Positions 8,563-16,445 of a stretch of DNA of 64,000 nt are shown piece after piece. Each line of letters starts with the position of its first letter. Within the stretch, counting starts at the first letter, position 1. The position numbers and the translations under genes are program-made. Origin of the DNA: a virus (Duplodnaviria; Caudoviricetes); the IMG/VR virus record IMGVR_UViG_3300035661_000004. One strand, 5' to 3'. Below the pieces are notes generated by a model. The model was not told the origin of the DNA, made no database searches, and was given only the letters and a program-made list of their open reading frames with translations.

Positions 8563-9192
8563 ATGACATATCGTTCGCCTTTCATCATCCAGCAAGGCTT
8601 CCTCACACCTGAAGAAGTAGCACGTATCGCCGACCAAACACGAGTCGTCGAGCCAGACAAGGACTCAGAAGGGCGGCCTCTACCTATGGCTCGTGCCCAT
8701 AAGGCGTCGGAGGACCTGATCTACAACAAGTTCAAGCCGCTGATTCCGCTCATCGAAGAGCACTACGACATCAAGCACAAGGCCACCGAGACCATTCAGT
8801 TCCAGCAGTTTCCGACCTCAAATGCGAAGCTGGCAGAAGCCCCGCACTGTGACAACGCGGTTTACAAGCGGAAGAAGTGGGCACGAGTTTCAGGCCGTGA
8901 CCTCTCCTGCATCATCTGGTTGAAAGACTACCAGGACACCCCTCCCTTCAACCTCAAGCAGCACGTCTACGGCGGGAAGCTTGAGTTCCCCGTCTATAAC
9001 TTTAGCTTCCAGCCTCAGGCTGGCACGCTTGTCATCTTCCCCTCTTGCGAGCGGTTCATCCAAGCCACGACCTCAGTGCTCGTCGGCGAGCTGCAGCTCG
9101 CAAAGTTCTACGTGCACTCGCAAGGCCTTTGGCTTTACAACCCGGCTAACTTCCCAGGCGACTTCAGAAGTTGGTTCAACGACGTGGTCTGA
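8563..9192 (+). CDS. 2OG-Fe(II) oxygenase-fold protein (P4H-like, atypical)
   Basis: HCD motif, RDLSCIIWL, YGGKLEFP, QAGTLVIFPS. The distal His position reads Gln (RFIQATTSV). Confidence 0.8.
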   Translation: MTYRSPFIIQQGFLTPEEVARIADQTRVVEPDKDSEGRPLPMARAHKASEDLIYNKFKPLIPLIEEHYDIKHKATETIQFQQFPTSNAKLAEAPHCDNAVYKRKKWARVSGRDLSCIIWLKDYQDTPPFNLKQHVYGGKLEFPVYNFSFQPQAGTLVIFPSCERFIQATTSVLVGELQLAKFYVHSQGLWLYNPANFPGDFRSWFNDVV

Positions 9193-9195
9193 CCT

Positions 9196-9368
9196 ATGCT
9201 AGGCTTCAACGTAACACCCGAAGGCGGTATATCCTTAAGCGGGGCTTCAACTTCTACCCAACAGCCGAGTGGGGTACTTCCCGCGGCTTCAGGTTCTCCC
9301 TGGGTAAGAAGCTCATCTTCGTGCGTTGGAGCGTCAAGCTAAGCAAGCTTATCGTGAGGTTCGGATGA
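9196..9368 (+). pseudogene. Small phage protein with one frameshift
   Basis: MLGFNVTPEGG in one frame joins ILKRGFNFYPTAEWGTSRGFRFSLGKKLIFVRWSVK in another, near 9228. Confidence 0.45.
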
Positions 9369-9787
9369 AGCTGGCTGAAATCTTATCCAAGGCTGACTTG
9401 CTAAAGGCTCAACAGGACTTCATCGACACGTTTCCGGATGGCTGGAGCTTCAAGATCACAAATGATGGTAAGCTTGAAGCATCGGTAGAGGATGATACCA
9501 CTCCGATGTATGCCACAGAGGATGAGATCGGGCTGCCTGATCAAAGCGTCAAGTCAGCACCTCGAGCTCGAGCTGAAATTGAGGCCGACTACAAGAAACG
9601 GAAGATTGACGTCAAGGTTACCGGCGGCAAGGTGGTGCGCGGATATCTTGAGGACGCGCAGCTTGAGTTCCCCTCTTATACTGCCGCATTCGAGTACTAC
9701 GTGCGAGACTATGCCTGGAACCAATACGGTAACTCATTCGTAGCCGATGATATCTGGGCTCGCATTAATGAGCTGACCGCATCATGA
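9365..9787 (+). CDS. QQ-helix family protein (tandem paralog 1)
   Basis: MKLAEILSKADLLKAQQDFIDTFPDGWSFK. The ATG at 9365 overlaps the preceding TGA. Confidence 0.75.
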   Translation: MKLAEILSKADLLKAQQDFIDTFPDGWSFKITNDGKLEASVEDDTTPMYATEDEIGLPDQSVKSAPRARAEIEADYKKRKIDVKVTGGKVVRGYLEDAQLEFPSYTAAFEYYVRDYAWNQYGNSFVADDIWARINELTAS

Positions 9788-10182
9788 AGCTCGACCGCCT
9801 GCTTGAAGCATCGCCTGACAAGAAGCGACTGCTCAAGATGCAGCAAGACTTCATCGACACGTTCCCTGACGACTGGGACTTCAAGCTCCAGAGCGACGGT
9901 GGCCTGAAGGTCACAAAGGCCAATGACGGTCCTTGCTACCAACTAGACAAGATCTTCTACAACCCTTACAACACGCGCATCTCCCAAGACGAGTGGGAGG
10001 AGGTCATTCGGAAACGTTTTGAAGAGGTCATGGAACAGCATGACCTTCCAGCCATCGATGTGACCTTTGAAAATGTCCACCCTGCCATCACTATCTGCGA
10101 GGCCAATGTTCAGTATAAGTCATATGCTGATGCATTTTATGTAGCAATTCTCGAAGAAGGTAGTTGGGACGCCTGGGGGTAA
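9784..10182 (+). CDS. QQ-helix family protein (tandem paralog 2), probably extends to 10267 past a G-run frameshift
   Basis: MKLDRLLEASPDKKRLLKMQQDFIDTFPDDWDFK. The shifted frame after the G5 run reads EPGDFGADNILEFIER, aligning with FVADDIWARINE of paralog 1. Confidence 0.7.
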   Translation: MKLDRLLEASPDKKRLLKMQQDFIDTFPDDWDFKLQSDGGLKVTKANDGPCYQLDKIFYNPYNTRISQDEWEEVIRKRFEEVMEQHDLPAIDVTFENVHPAITICEANVQYKSYADAFYVAILEEGSWDAWG

Positions 10183-10256
10183 TGAGCCTGGGGATTTCGG
10201 TGCTGATAACATCTTGGAATTCATCGAGCGACAAATCAAAAACGGAAACATCAAAC

Positions 10257-10841
10257 ATGACAATTGACCTCTTTGAACAAGCACTCAGCCGCGCCATGCT
10301 CTATGAGGTAGGCGGCTTCTGGAACCTCGAGACGCCGGGTGTGCGAGAAGGCCTGATCAAGACCCAAGCCCAACGTAAGGCCGTAGGCTATACGAATGAC
10401 CCGGATGACCACGGCGGTGAGACCAAGTTCGGCGTTGCTAAGGCGGCCAACCCAGACCTCAACATCGCAGCGCTAGACTGGGAAGGCGCTAAGCGTGTCT
10501 ACATGAAGCGCTACTGGCTGCCAGGCGACTGTCAAGACATGCCTAAGCTGGTAGCCCTAATGCACTTTGACGGGTGCGTCAACCACGGCGTTGGGCGGGC
10601 CGCAACCATGCTGCAAAAGGCTGTCGGCGCTACGCCAGACGGTGACATTGGGCCAGCCACCCTCAACAAGGTCAAGGCGCTCGACCAGCTGGTCGTCTGC
10701 AACAAGATCGCTGAAGCTCGTACCGCTTTCTATCGGTCAATTGTAGAGCACAACCCTGTGCAAGCGAAGTATTTGAACGGTTGGCTGCGCCGGATTAATG
10801 AAACTCTACAGTACGTCAAGATTCAAGCATCAAAGGGATAA
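10257..10841 (+). CDS. Endolysin, glycosyl hydrolase family 108 with C-terminal peptidoglycan-binding domain
   Basis: GYTNDPDDHGGETKFGV, FDGCVNHGVGRA, DGDIGPATL, KYLNGWLRR. Start taken at MTIDLFEQ. Confidence 0.9.
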   Translation: MTIDLFEQALSRAMLYEVGGFWNLETPGVREGLIKTQAQRKAVGYTNDPDDHGGETKFGVAKAANPDLNIAALDWEGAKRVYMKRYWLPGDCQDMPKLVALMHFDGCVNHGVGRAATMLQKAVGATPDGDIGPATLNKVKALDQLVVCNKIAEARTAFYRSIVEHNPVQAKYLNGWLRRINETLQYVKIQASKG

Positions 10842-10846
10842 AATAT

Positions 10847-11422
10847 ATGACCACCGTCAAGCACCCGCTAAGCGCAGGCATCCTGCACCCACTACAAGTC
10901 AATCGGTTTCGTGCTGTCTTCAAGACCCCCGAAGGTGAAGCATTGCCGTACGGTGACCCGTTGACCGCTCAGCTAGTTCGTACGTCTGAGTTTGGCCTCT
11001 ACAAAGGCATTGCGGTGGTCATTGAAGAGGACATCACCGGCCATGCGGGTCGTGCGGTGCAACAGCTTACCAAGCTGTCTAACTTCACGCTCGACATTGA
11101 GTACTTAGACGGCAATAACACAGTGATCAAGACCGCATCCTTCATCGGCTGTAAGGTTAGCAACACGCTGTATAGCGGCCTAGACTATGCAGGTGGGAAA
11201 AGCTCAGTTGGCGAGGTACTTCGCCTCTCTGTGCCGCGCTGGGAGGGTAAGAAGTTTGACGAGCTGGCAGCTGAGCATCCTACAGCTGCCACGCTGATCG
11301 CCTTTCTCAAGGGAGCACAGCTTGAAGTGATCGCCGATCGTGACGGCAAGCGTGGCATCGCAGAGGTCACTTTGACTATCAACTACGGCGACTTGGCTGT
11401 CACTTGGGCCGATCTCGGCTAA
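10847..11422 (+). CDS. Tail tube (gp19-like) paralog
   Basis: HPLQVNRFRAVF...LTAQLV...IEEDITG...IEYLDGNN...FIGCKV...LDYA...EVTLTINYGD follows the tube-protein pattern. Confidence 0.55.
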   Translation: MTTVKHPLSAGILHPLQVNRFRAVFKTPEGEALPYGDPLTAQLVRTSEFGLYKGIAVVIEEDITGHAGRAVQQLTKLSNFTLDIEYLDGNNTVIKTASFIGCKVSNTLYSGLDYAGGKSSVGEVLRLSVPRWEGKKFDELAAEHPTAATLIAFLKGAQLEVIADRDGKRGIAEVTLTINYGDLAVTWADLG

Positions 11423-11425
11423 ATA
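11420..11425 (+). promoter_or_regulatory. Late promoter TAAATA
   Basis: Overlaps the upstream TAA stop and lies 8 nt before ATG 11434. Confidence 0.55.
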
Positions 11426-11433
11426 TTGACATC

Positions 11434-11799
11434 ATGTTTCAGCTGCTTGAATCGCTCTTAGAATTTCTCGACTCGAAGGGTGGTGTCCCTACCGAGCAAG
11501 ACCTGACGAACGTCAGGGCTTACAAGGACCTGGTCAGCACGTGGCCAAAGCTCGAGAAGCAGCTGAAGCTTGCTTGGAACGGCGATGCACGTGAGATGAG
11601 CCGGGACGGCCACAAGACAGCCGAAGGCGAGAACGTCTACATCTTCCCAAAGTTGCTGAAGGTCTCCAGCCTTGAGAAGTATGACCCCGACTTTAAGCTG
11701 ACGATGCCAGCGAAGCGGTGCATCGCTGAGCTGTTCACGCTCTTCTGCGATAAGTTCAAGATCGCCAACCGGCGCAACACGAACTGGATGGAGCGTTAA
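11434..11799 (+). CDS. Hypothetical protein
   Basis: MFQLLESLLEFLDSKGG..., 121 aa from ATG 11434. Confidence 0.65.
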   Translation: MFQLLESLLEFLDSKGGVPTEQDLTNVRAYKDLVSTWPKLEKQLKLAWNGDAREMSRDGHKTAEGENVYIFPKLLKVSSLEKYDPDFKLTMPAKRCIAELFTLFCDKFKIANRRNTNWMER

Positions 11800-12107
11800 G
11801 GCTTCTTAGCCTTGTTGGCCTCTTCGGCTTCCTTCACCTGCTTGACATACAGCTCGGCGATTCGCCGCAACTGAGACTCAAGCAGCACCGCCCGCATCTC
11901 TGAGTCAAACATCCACCGCGCTACAGCCCGGTCATCCTTGCGTAGCTCATCGGCCGTAAGCGCAGGGACAGGGGCAGGAACGGTCAGCAGCTCTTGCGGA
12001 ATTGGCGTGACTACGCGCTCGATGCGCACCATCACAGGTTGCTCAGGCTTGGGCGTGCAGCAACCTGTCAACGCGAGCAGGAGGACTAATGTCAGGGCTC
12101 TCATCAC
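11796..12107 (-). CDS. o-spanin (Rz1-like lipoprotein)
   Basis: Signal peptide and lipobox LALTGC, Pro-rich linker, immediately downstream of the i-spanin. Confidence 0.85.
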   Translation of the reverse strand: MMRALTLVLLLALTGCCTPKPEQPVMVRIERVVTPIPQELLTVPAPVPALTADELRKDDRAVARWMFDSEMRAVLLESQLRRIAELYVKQVKEAEEANKAKKP

Positions 12108-12511
12108 TTCGCTCCTTGGTCACGTGCTTGCTGGATCGCCGTCACCGCGTCGACGATGTTCGGTGGCACAGGCGAGGCCTGCTTGGTAGCGATGCGCTTG
12201 CGGGCGTCCGCAAGGCCAGCCTTAGCGACTGACAAGTCAGTCTTGACGCCTTCAAGGGCTTTGATGGCTAATGCTTGATCAGCCTGCAGCTTTGCCAGCT
12301 CAGCCAAGTTTGAGTCATTGACCGCCATCGCTGTCTGAAGACTTAGCTTCAACGTGGCATTGTCAGCCTGCACGCGCTGAACGATGGCTACCTCGTCATC
12401 GAGCTTGCTTTGAAGGCTGTGCACCTTGAACCAGACGCCACCGCTAATTAAAGCCGCAATTAGTCCGAAGAGCACAAATCGGTTGCCGAGAAGGGAGAGG
12501 AGGAAAGGCAT
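12104..12511 (-). CDS. i-spanin (Rz-like)
   Basis: From ATG 12511: one N-terminal TM helix (FVLFGLIAALISGGVWF) followed by a coiled coil. Overlaps the o-spanin. Confidence 0.8.
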   Translation of the reverse strand: MPFLLSLLGNRFVLFGLIAALISGGVWFKVHSLQSKLDDEVAIVQRVQADNATLKLSLQTAMAVNDSNLAELAKLQADQALAIKALEGVKTDLSVAKAGLADARKRIATKQASPVPPNIVDAVTAIQQARDQGAK

Positions 12512-12529
12512 ATATGTATGTGTTAAGAG

Positions 12530-12550
12530 CCGCCTGTCAGTGACAGGCGG
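12530..12550. terminator. Perfect 9-bp hairpin between holin and spanins
   Basis: CCGCCTGTC-AGT-GACAGGCGG with only a weak U tract (CTCTT) on the minus strand. Confidence 0.45.
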
Positions 12551-12560
12551 TGATGCGAGC

Positions 12561-12920
12561 TTACTCGCCGTCCTTCTTCGTGGCAGCGCGGGACTCTTCA
12601 CGAGCACCCTTGATCTCGTCAGAGATCTTAGCGTCCGAGTTGAAGCCAGCATCGATTGCGAAGCCTGTAACAAAGCCTGTGTACAGGGTTGCCCAGAAGC
12701 TCATGTCAGCGTTGACGATGTCGCCTGCAAGGGCTCCGATCATCGCGAAGAGGAAGACGATGACCGTGTAAAGGGTAGCTGCCAGGTTTTCCTTGCCGTA
12801 CCAGTCAAACAAGCCGACGTCGGTCTCCTTGCGTAGGTACTTCTTCAGATAGTGGGCGAAGCCGCCAAACATGCCACAGGCAATGAAGGCGATTTGATTG
12901 GTGTAAGGTGTGATATCCAT
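12561..12920 (-). CDS. Holin
   Basis: 119 aa with three hydrophobic helices and a charged C-terminus, upstream of the spanins and 5 nt after TAAATA. Confidence 0.75.
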   Translation of the reverse strand: MDITPYTNQIAFIACGMFGGFAHYLKKYLRKETDVGLFDWYGKENLAATLYTVIVFLFAMIGALAGDIVNADMSFWATLYTGFVTGFAIDAGFNSDAKISDEIKGAREESRAATKKDGE

Positions 12921-12924
12921 GCCG

Positions 12925-13347
12925 CTATTTAGCTGAAAGCGGCTTCTTTGTACGATACCAGCCTAGGGTTCTGCCGCTGGCTTGAGCCGCCGCGATCATG
13001 GCGTCATTGGTGACATGCACGCCTGAGTAGAGCGCTGCCGCACCCTTGCGAATTGCTTGCTGCTCAACGAAGTGGATGAGCTGCTTGTAGATGCCTTGTT
13101 TGCGGTGCTCTTCAGCCACCGCAGAGAACAGCACCCACGCCGCACGCTTAGGAGGGTCATAGCTCCAGACCGACGCGCCGATCACCTGGTCACCCAACAG
13201 CGCATAGGCTACCAGAGAACCGTTCGTGAACGGCAAGTCATAGTCTGCGTGGCCTGCCTTGACGAGAGCGAGGTACTCCTCGAGCACGAAGACGAAGGCC
13301 TTCGAATGCGCAAGCGAGTCCTCGCTGACAACTTTAAGGAGCTGCAT
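12925..13347 (-). CDS. GNAT N-acetyltransferase
   Basis: AVAEEHRKQGIYKQL motif A (R/QxxGxG/A), 140 aa. Confidence 0.85.
   Translation of the reverse strand: MQLLKVVSEDSLAHSKAFVFVLEEYLALVKAGHADYDLPFTNGSLVAYALLGDQVIGASVWSYDPPKRAAWVLFSAVAEEHRKQGIYKQLIHFVEQQAIRKGAAALYSGVHVTNDAMIAAAQASGRTLGWYRTKKPLSAK
12926..12931 (-). promoter_or_regulatory. Late promoter TAAATA
   Basis: TAAATA-gcggc-ATG(12920). Confidence 0.65.
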
Positions 13348-14317
13348 AGAGCCTTGCCTCGCCGCTCTTAAGGCCTTCGATGAAGGTCTCGAGCGTCACG
13401 ATGATCTTCTGGTCTAGCGGCTTGAACTGACGCGTCACGATGTTCATCAAGGCTTGCCCCTCTGACACCAGGTCATTAGCGTTCTCAAAGCCTGTATATT
13501 TCATCGCTTGCACCAGCTCAGGGAACTGCTCGACATACATGCATGGCTTGATGAAGTAGCTAAAGCAGGTCCATGATTGGGCGATGCCAGGCTTGATCGA
13601 GTCAAATGACGAGTAGACAGCTTGATGAGCCAACCGCAAACCCTTGACAGCCGGGTGGTCAAGGTAAGAGAGGATCAATTCAGGCGAGTACATGAAGAAC
13701 TTCGTGCAGCCCTCGATCCCGTACTTGATCAGGTGCTGTTGAATCGGCGTAGGGCCGAAGGAGGTAACAATCGGGTCACCTTCTAAGCTCGAACCCTTTG
13801 ACAGGACCATGTCGCCGCCAGCCATGATGAAGGCGTGGGTGTCCTTGAATAGCTCGATCAAGTAAAGCTGGGCTAGCACTCGAGCATTGGTCAAGCAGTG
13901 CTCAGCGGCAAGCTGTTGGCCTCGCCCGTCATAGAACTTTTGCAGGTCTAGGTCAATCAGCAATGGCTTGAGGTCAAACTTTCGACAGAACTCAAATGCT
14001 TGCTTGATGTCATGCTCGTTACGGATCCCACCCTTCGGACCCCGTATGTGCATGATGACCGGCTCAAACAGAATCTTGCGGTCCAGAAGCGAGAGGCAAA
14101 CCGCTTGCGAGTCCCCGCCGCCGCTCAAGCCCACACGAATAGGCTTGGTGAATTGGTTAGCAAGGTCCTCTACGGTGTTACCGCACTCTTCGCGAAACGA
14201 CCTGACCTCACGAGTGACACCCGCTACCTCAACGGCGAACTTACCGTCGACGATTGGGTCATTGTGCCACTGGCCATTCCACCCCCACTTGTAGTGGTTA
14301 TCCTTGCTGTATTGCAT
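13334..14317 (-). CDS. Adenine nucleotide alpha-hydrolase (PP-loop) ATP pyrophosphatase 2
   Basis: RVGLSGGGDSQAV PP-loop and IMAGGD. Start taken at MQYSKDNHY, overlapping the upstream stop by 20 nt. Confidence 0.75.
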   Translation of the reverse strand: MQYSKDNHYKWGWNGQWHNDPIVDGKFAVEVAGVTREVRSFREECGNTVEDLANQFTKPIRVGLSGGGDSQAVCLSLLDRKILFEPVIMHIRGPKGGIRNEHDIKQAFEFCRKFDLKPLLIDLDLQKFYDGRGQQLAAEHCLTNARVLAQLYLIELFKDTHAFIMAGGDMVLSKGSSLEGDPIVTSFGPTPIQQHLIKYGIEGCTKFFMYSPELILSYLDHPAVKGLRLAHQAVYSSFDSIKPGIAQSWTCFSYFIKPCMYVEQFPELVQAMKYTGFENANDLVSEGQALMNIVTRQFKPLDQKIIVTLETFIEGLKSGEARLYAAP

Positions 14318-14828
14318 GCTTCTTCCAGTAGCTGTGACGCTTGCTGCCTGGCGTCCACGGCAGCTTAACGTTAAAGTTGTATGCAACCCACGAAACAAAG
14401 GTGTTGCAGTTGTTGGCAAAGAGGTGAAACCCCGTAGTTACCTTTGGGTAGTCATTGACTACGTCGAGCACGTCTAACAGCGCCGCGTCGCGTACGGTAG
14501 CCAGCAGCCTAGGCTTGTGGCCAAACCAGCGTTGGCCGGCATGCCTGTCAGAGGCGAGCACTACCTGCTCAAGAGGTGCGACTGGCCGCCGAATGTATGA
14601 CCTAAATGAGACCTCTTGGTAGTCTAGCGTCTCAGCGCTGCTTACTTCAAAGACTGTATGCACGCCGTTTCGCACATAAGCCACATATGAATGCTGTCCA
14701 CCCAGTCTTCCCTTCAAGCCAAACGTGCGCGCACGCATGAAGTGCAAGCCGTCAGGCAGCTCCAGCTCGATGTTCACAGCTTGGTCTTGCCAGCGGCCGA
14801 AGAGCGTGTCATGGAGAAGGGCTATCAT
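14298..14828 (-). CDS. Permuted papain-like (PPPDE/LRAT/DUF3750-type) amidase or acyltransferase
   Basis: GQHSYVA His precedes FANNCNTFVSW Cys, the permuted NlpC/P60 order. Start taken at MIALLHD. Confidence 0.65.
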   Translation of the reverse strand: MIALLHDTLFGRWQDQAVNIELELPDGLHFMRARTFGLKGRLGGQHSYVAYVRNGVHTVFEVSSAETLDYQEVSFRSYIRRPVAPLEQVVLASDRHAGQRWFGHKPRLLATVRDAALLDVLDVVNDYPKVTTGFHLFANNCNTFVSWVAYNFNVKLPWTPGSKRHSYWKKHAIQQG

Positions 14829-15663
14829 GAGGAGACATCTTGTAGTAGTTGACGTGCTGCCTATCATAAGCCGCCTGCCAGCTTCCACGGTCGGTGTCCC
14901 AGTCACCCGTCGGTACAGGGTCATGGATGAAGTGCCCGTGACGGTCCTCACCCTGCACCCACAATGTCGACTCGGGTGCGAAGTTAGCAATCGGCTTAAC
15001 ATGGCCCGCGGCGAAGATCATACCGCACGCCAGGCGCGGCTCTGAGCTTGTGTTCGACGACGAGCCATGAACTATGTAAGGCGAATGCATCGTAATGTGG
15101 CCTGCTGGCACCTCCGCTGACATGAGGCGCCGCGGGCGCTTGCCAGTCTCAGGCTCAACAGCCGTCTGACCGCGCATCAGGAGGTTCGACTCGCTCCGCA
15201 CGTCATGGTGCTCAAGCTGCTTCTTATCCTTGTGCGAGCGTAGCCGGTACCTGATCGCGCCGCTCTCGCAGGTCACGTCGTTGAACGCCAGCCAGACCGT
15301 GACCGCATCCTTCGGCGCGAAGTTCCAGTAGGTTGCGTCTTGGTGGTAGGACACGATCTTGCCGTCATTGGGCTCCTTGACCCAGAACAGGGTGTCCCAG
15401 CAGTGGAAGTCATCGCCCAGCACCGCCCCGACATAGTGCCTAATCGCCGCTGACTTGACAATCTCAGCCATCCACGGGAAGAGCACCTGGCTCTTGCAGC
15501 GGTAGTCGGAGGCCATCAAATTGCGGTCAGAGATCTCAGCAAGCAGGTGCTGACGGTAGACCGCAACCTGCTCATCCGTGAAGACGCGCAGCGGCCAAAC
15601 AGCTCCGATCTCGTCAAACTCTCGCTTAACAGCTTCTGGGTTCAGGAGGTAGAGGTCGGTCAT
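14809..15663 (-). CDS. PhyH-family Fe(II)/2OG dioxygenase
   Basis: SYHQDATYW (HxD), AVTVWLAFND, HSPYIVHGSSSN, RLAC. ATGA-coupled to the desaturase. Confidence 0.9.
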   Translation of the reverse strand: MTDLYLLNPEAVKREFDEIGAVWPLRVFTDEQVAVYRQHLLAEISDRNLMASDYRCKSQVLFPWMAEIVKSAAIRHYVGAVLGDDFHCWDTLFWVKEPNDGKIVSYHQDATYWNFAPKDAVTVWLAFNDVTCESGAIRYRLRSHKDKKQLEHHDVRSESNLLMRGQTAVEPETGKRPRRLMSAEVPAGHITMHSPYIVHGSSSNTSSEPRLACGMIFAAGHVKPIANFAPESTLWVQGEDRHGHFIHDPVPTGDWDTDRGSWQAAYDRQHVNYYKMSPHDSPSP

Positions 15664-16445
15664 TGTCGAATTGCTCGGATCCACAGCATTGATGGGTCAA
15701 ACTCATACCACCGCTTCGTGCCGAAGTCAGGATTGCTGGCGTCGCCGTGATGGTTGTTGTGCAAGGCTTGCCCCCAAGTGATGAGGCTTAACAGCGGGCG
15801 GTTGACCGAGAAGTCCTTGGTCTGATAGTTACGGTACGTGCCGATGCCGCCCGTGTGACCGAGCACATTGACAGCGGCCTCTTGGTGGATAGCCCAGACC
15901 TGAGCGAGCGTCAAAGCCAATAACGGGACCGGCGAAGCGATGAGCCAAAGCAGGGCGAAGAAGGCCCACGTGCCCCAGAGAACTGAGTGGTAGTAGGTCA
16001 CCTGCCACTGCCATGTAGGCTCACGGAGGAAGTCAATGCCTGAACGCAACGAGACCTTGTTGACGATGTCCTTGTCAAAGGCATAGCCTTGGTACGCGGT
16101 CCACAGGCTATGAGCGTGCGGCGAGTGGAGGTCCTTCTCGGTGTCGGAGTAGCGGTGATGGACGCCCCGATGGAGCGCAACCCAGAACAGCGCATGGCCA
16201 TGACAAGCAAGCAAGCCGAAGAACAGCATCGCCTGCTCCCACGCCTTGCTGGTCTTGAACGACCGATGTGAGAAGAAGCGGTGCAAGCCGACAGCTACAC
16301 CCAAGCCGCTAATCAAGCAGTAGAAGCCGAACGTCATAAGCAAAGTTGACGCTGGCAAGCCATAGCGCCACAGCAAGGCTACCGCAATCACGTGAGGCGG
16401 CAGCCAAACTTTCCAAAAGTGCGAGCTCGTAAGCATATCCCTCAT
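15660..16445 (-). CDS. Membrane fatty acid desaturase (delta-9-like) 2
   Basis: His boxes HRFFSH, HRGVHH, HNNHH plus hydrophobic segments. Confidence 0.9.
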   Translation of the reverse strand: MRDMLTSSHFWKVWLPPHVIAVALLWRYGLPASTLLMTFGFYCLISGLGVAVGLHRFFSHRSFKTSKAWEQAMLFFGLLACHGHALFWVALHRGVHHRYSDTEKDLHSPHAHSLWTAYQGYAFDKDIVNKVSLRSGIDFLREPTWQWQVTYYHSVLWGTWAFFALLWLIASPVPLLALTLAQVWAIHQEAAVNVLGHTGGIGTYRNYQTKDFSVNRPLLSLITWGQALHNNHHGDASNPDFGTKRWYEFDPSMLWIRAIRQ

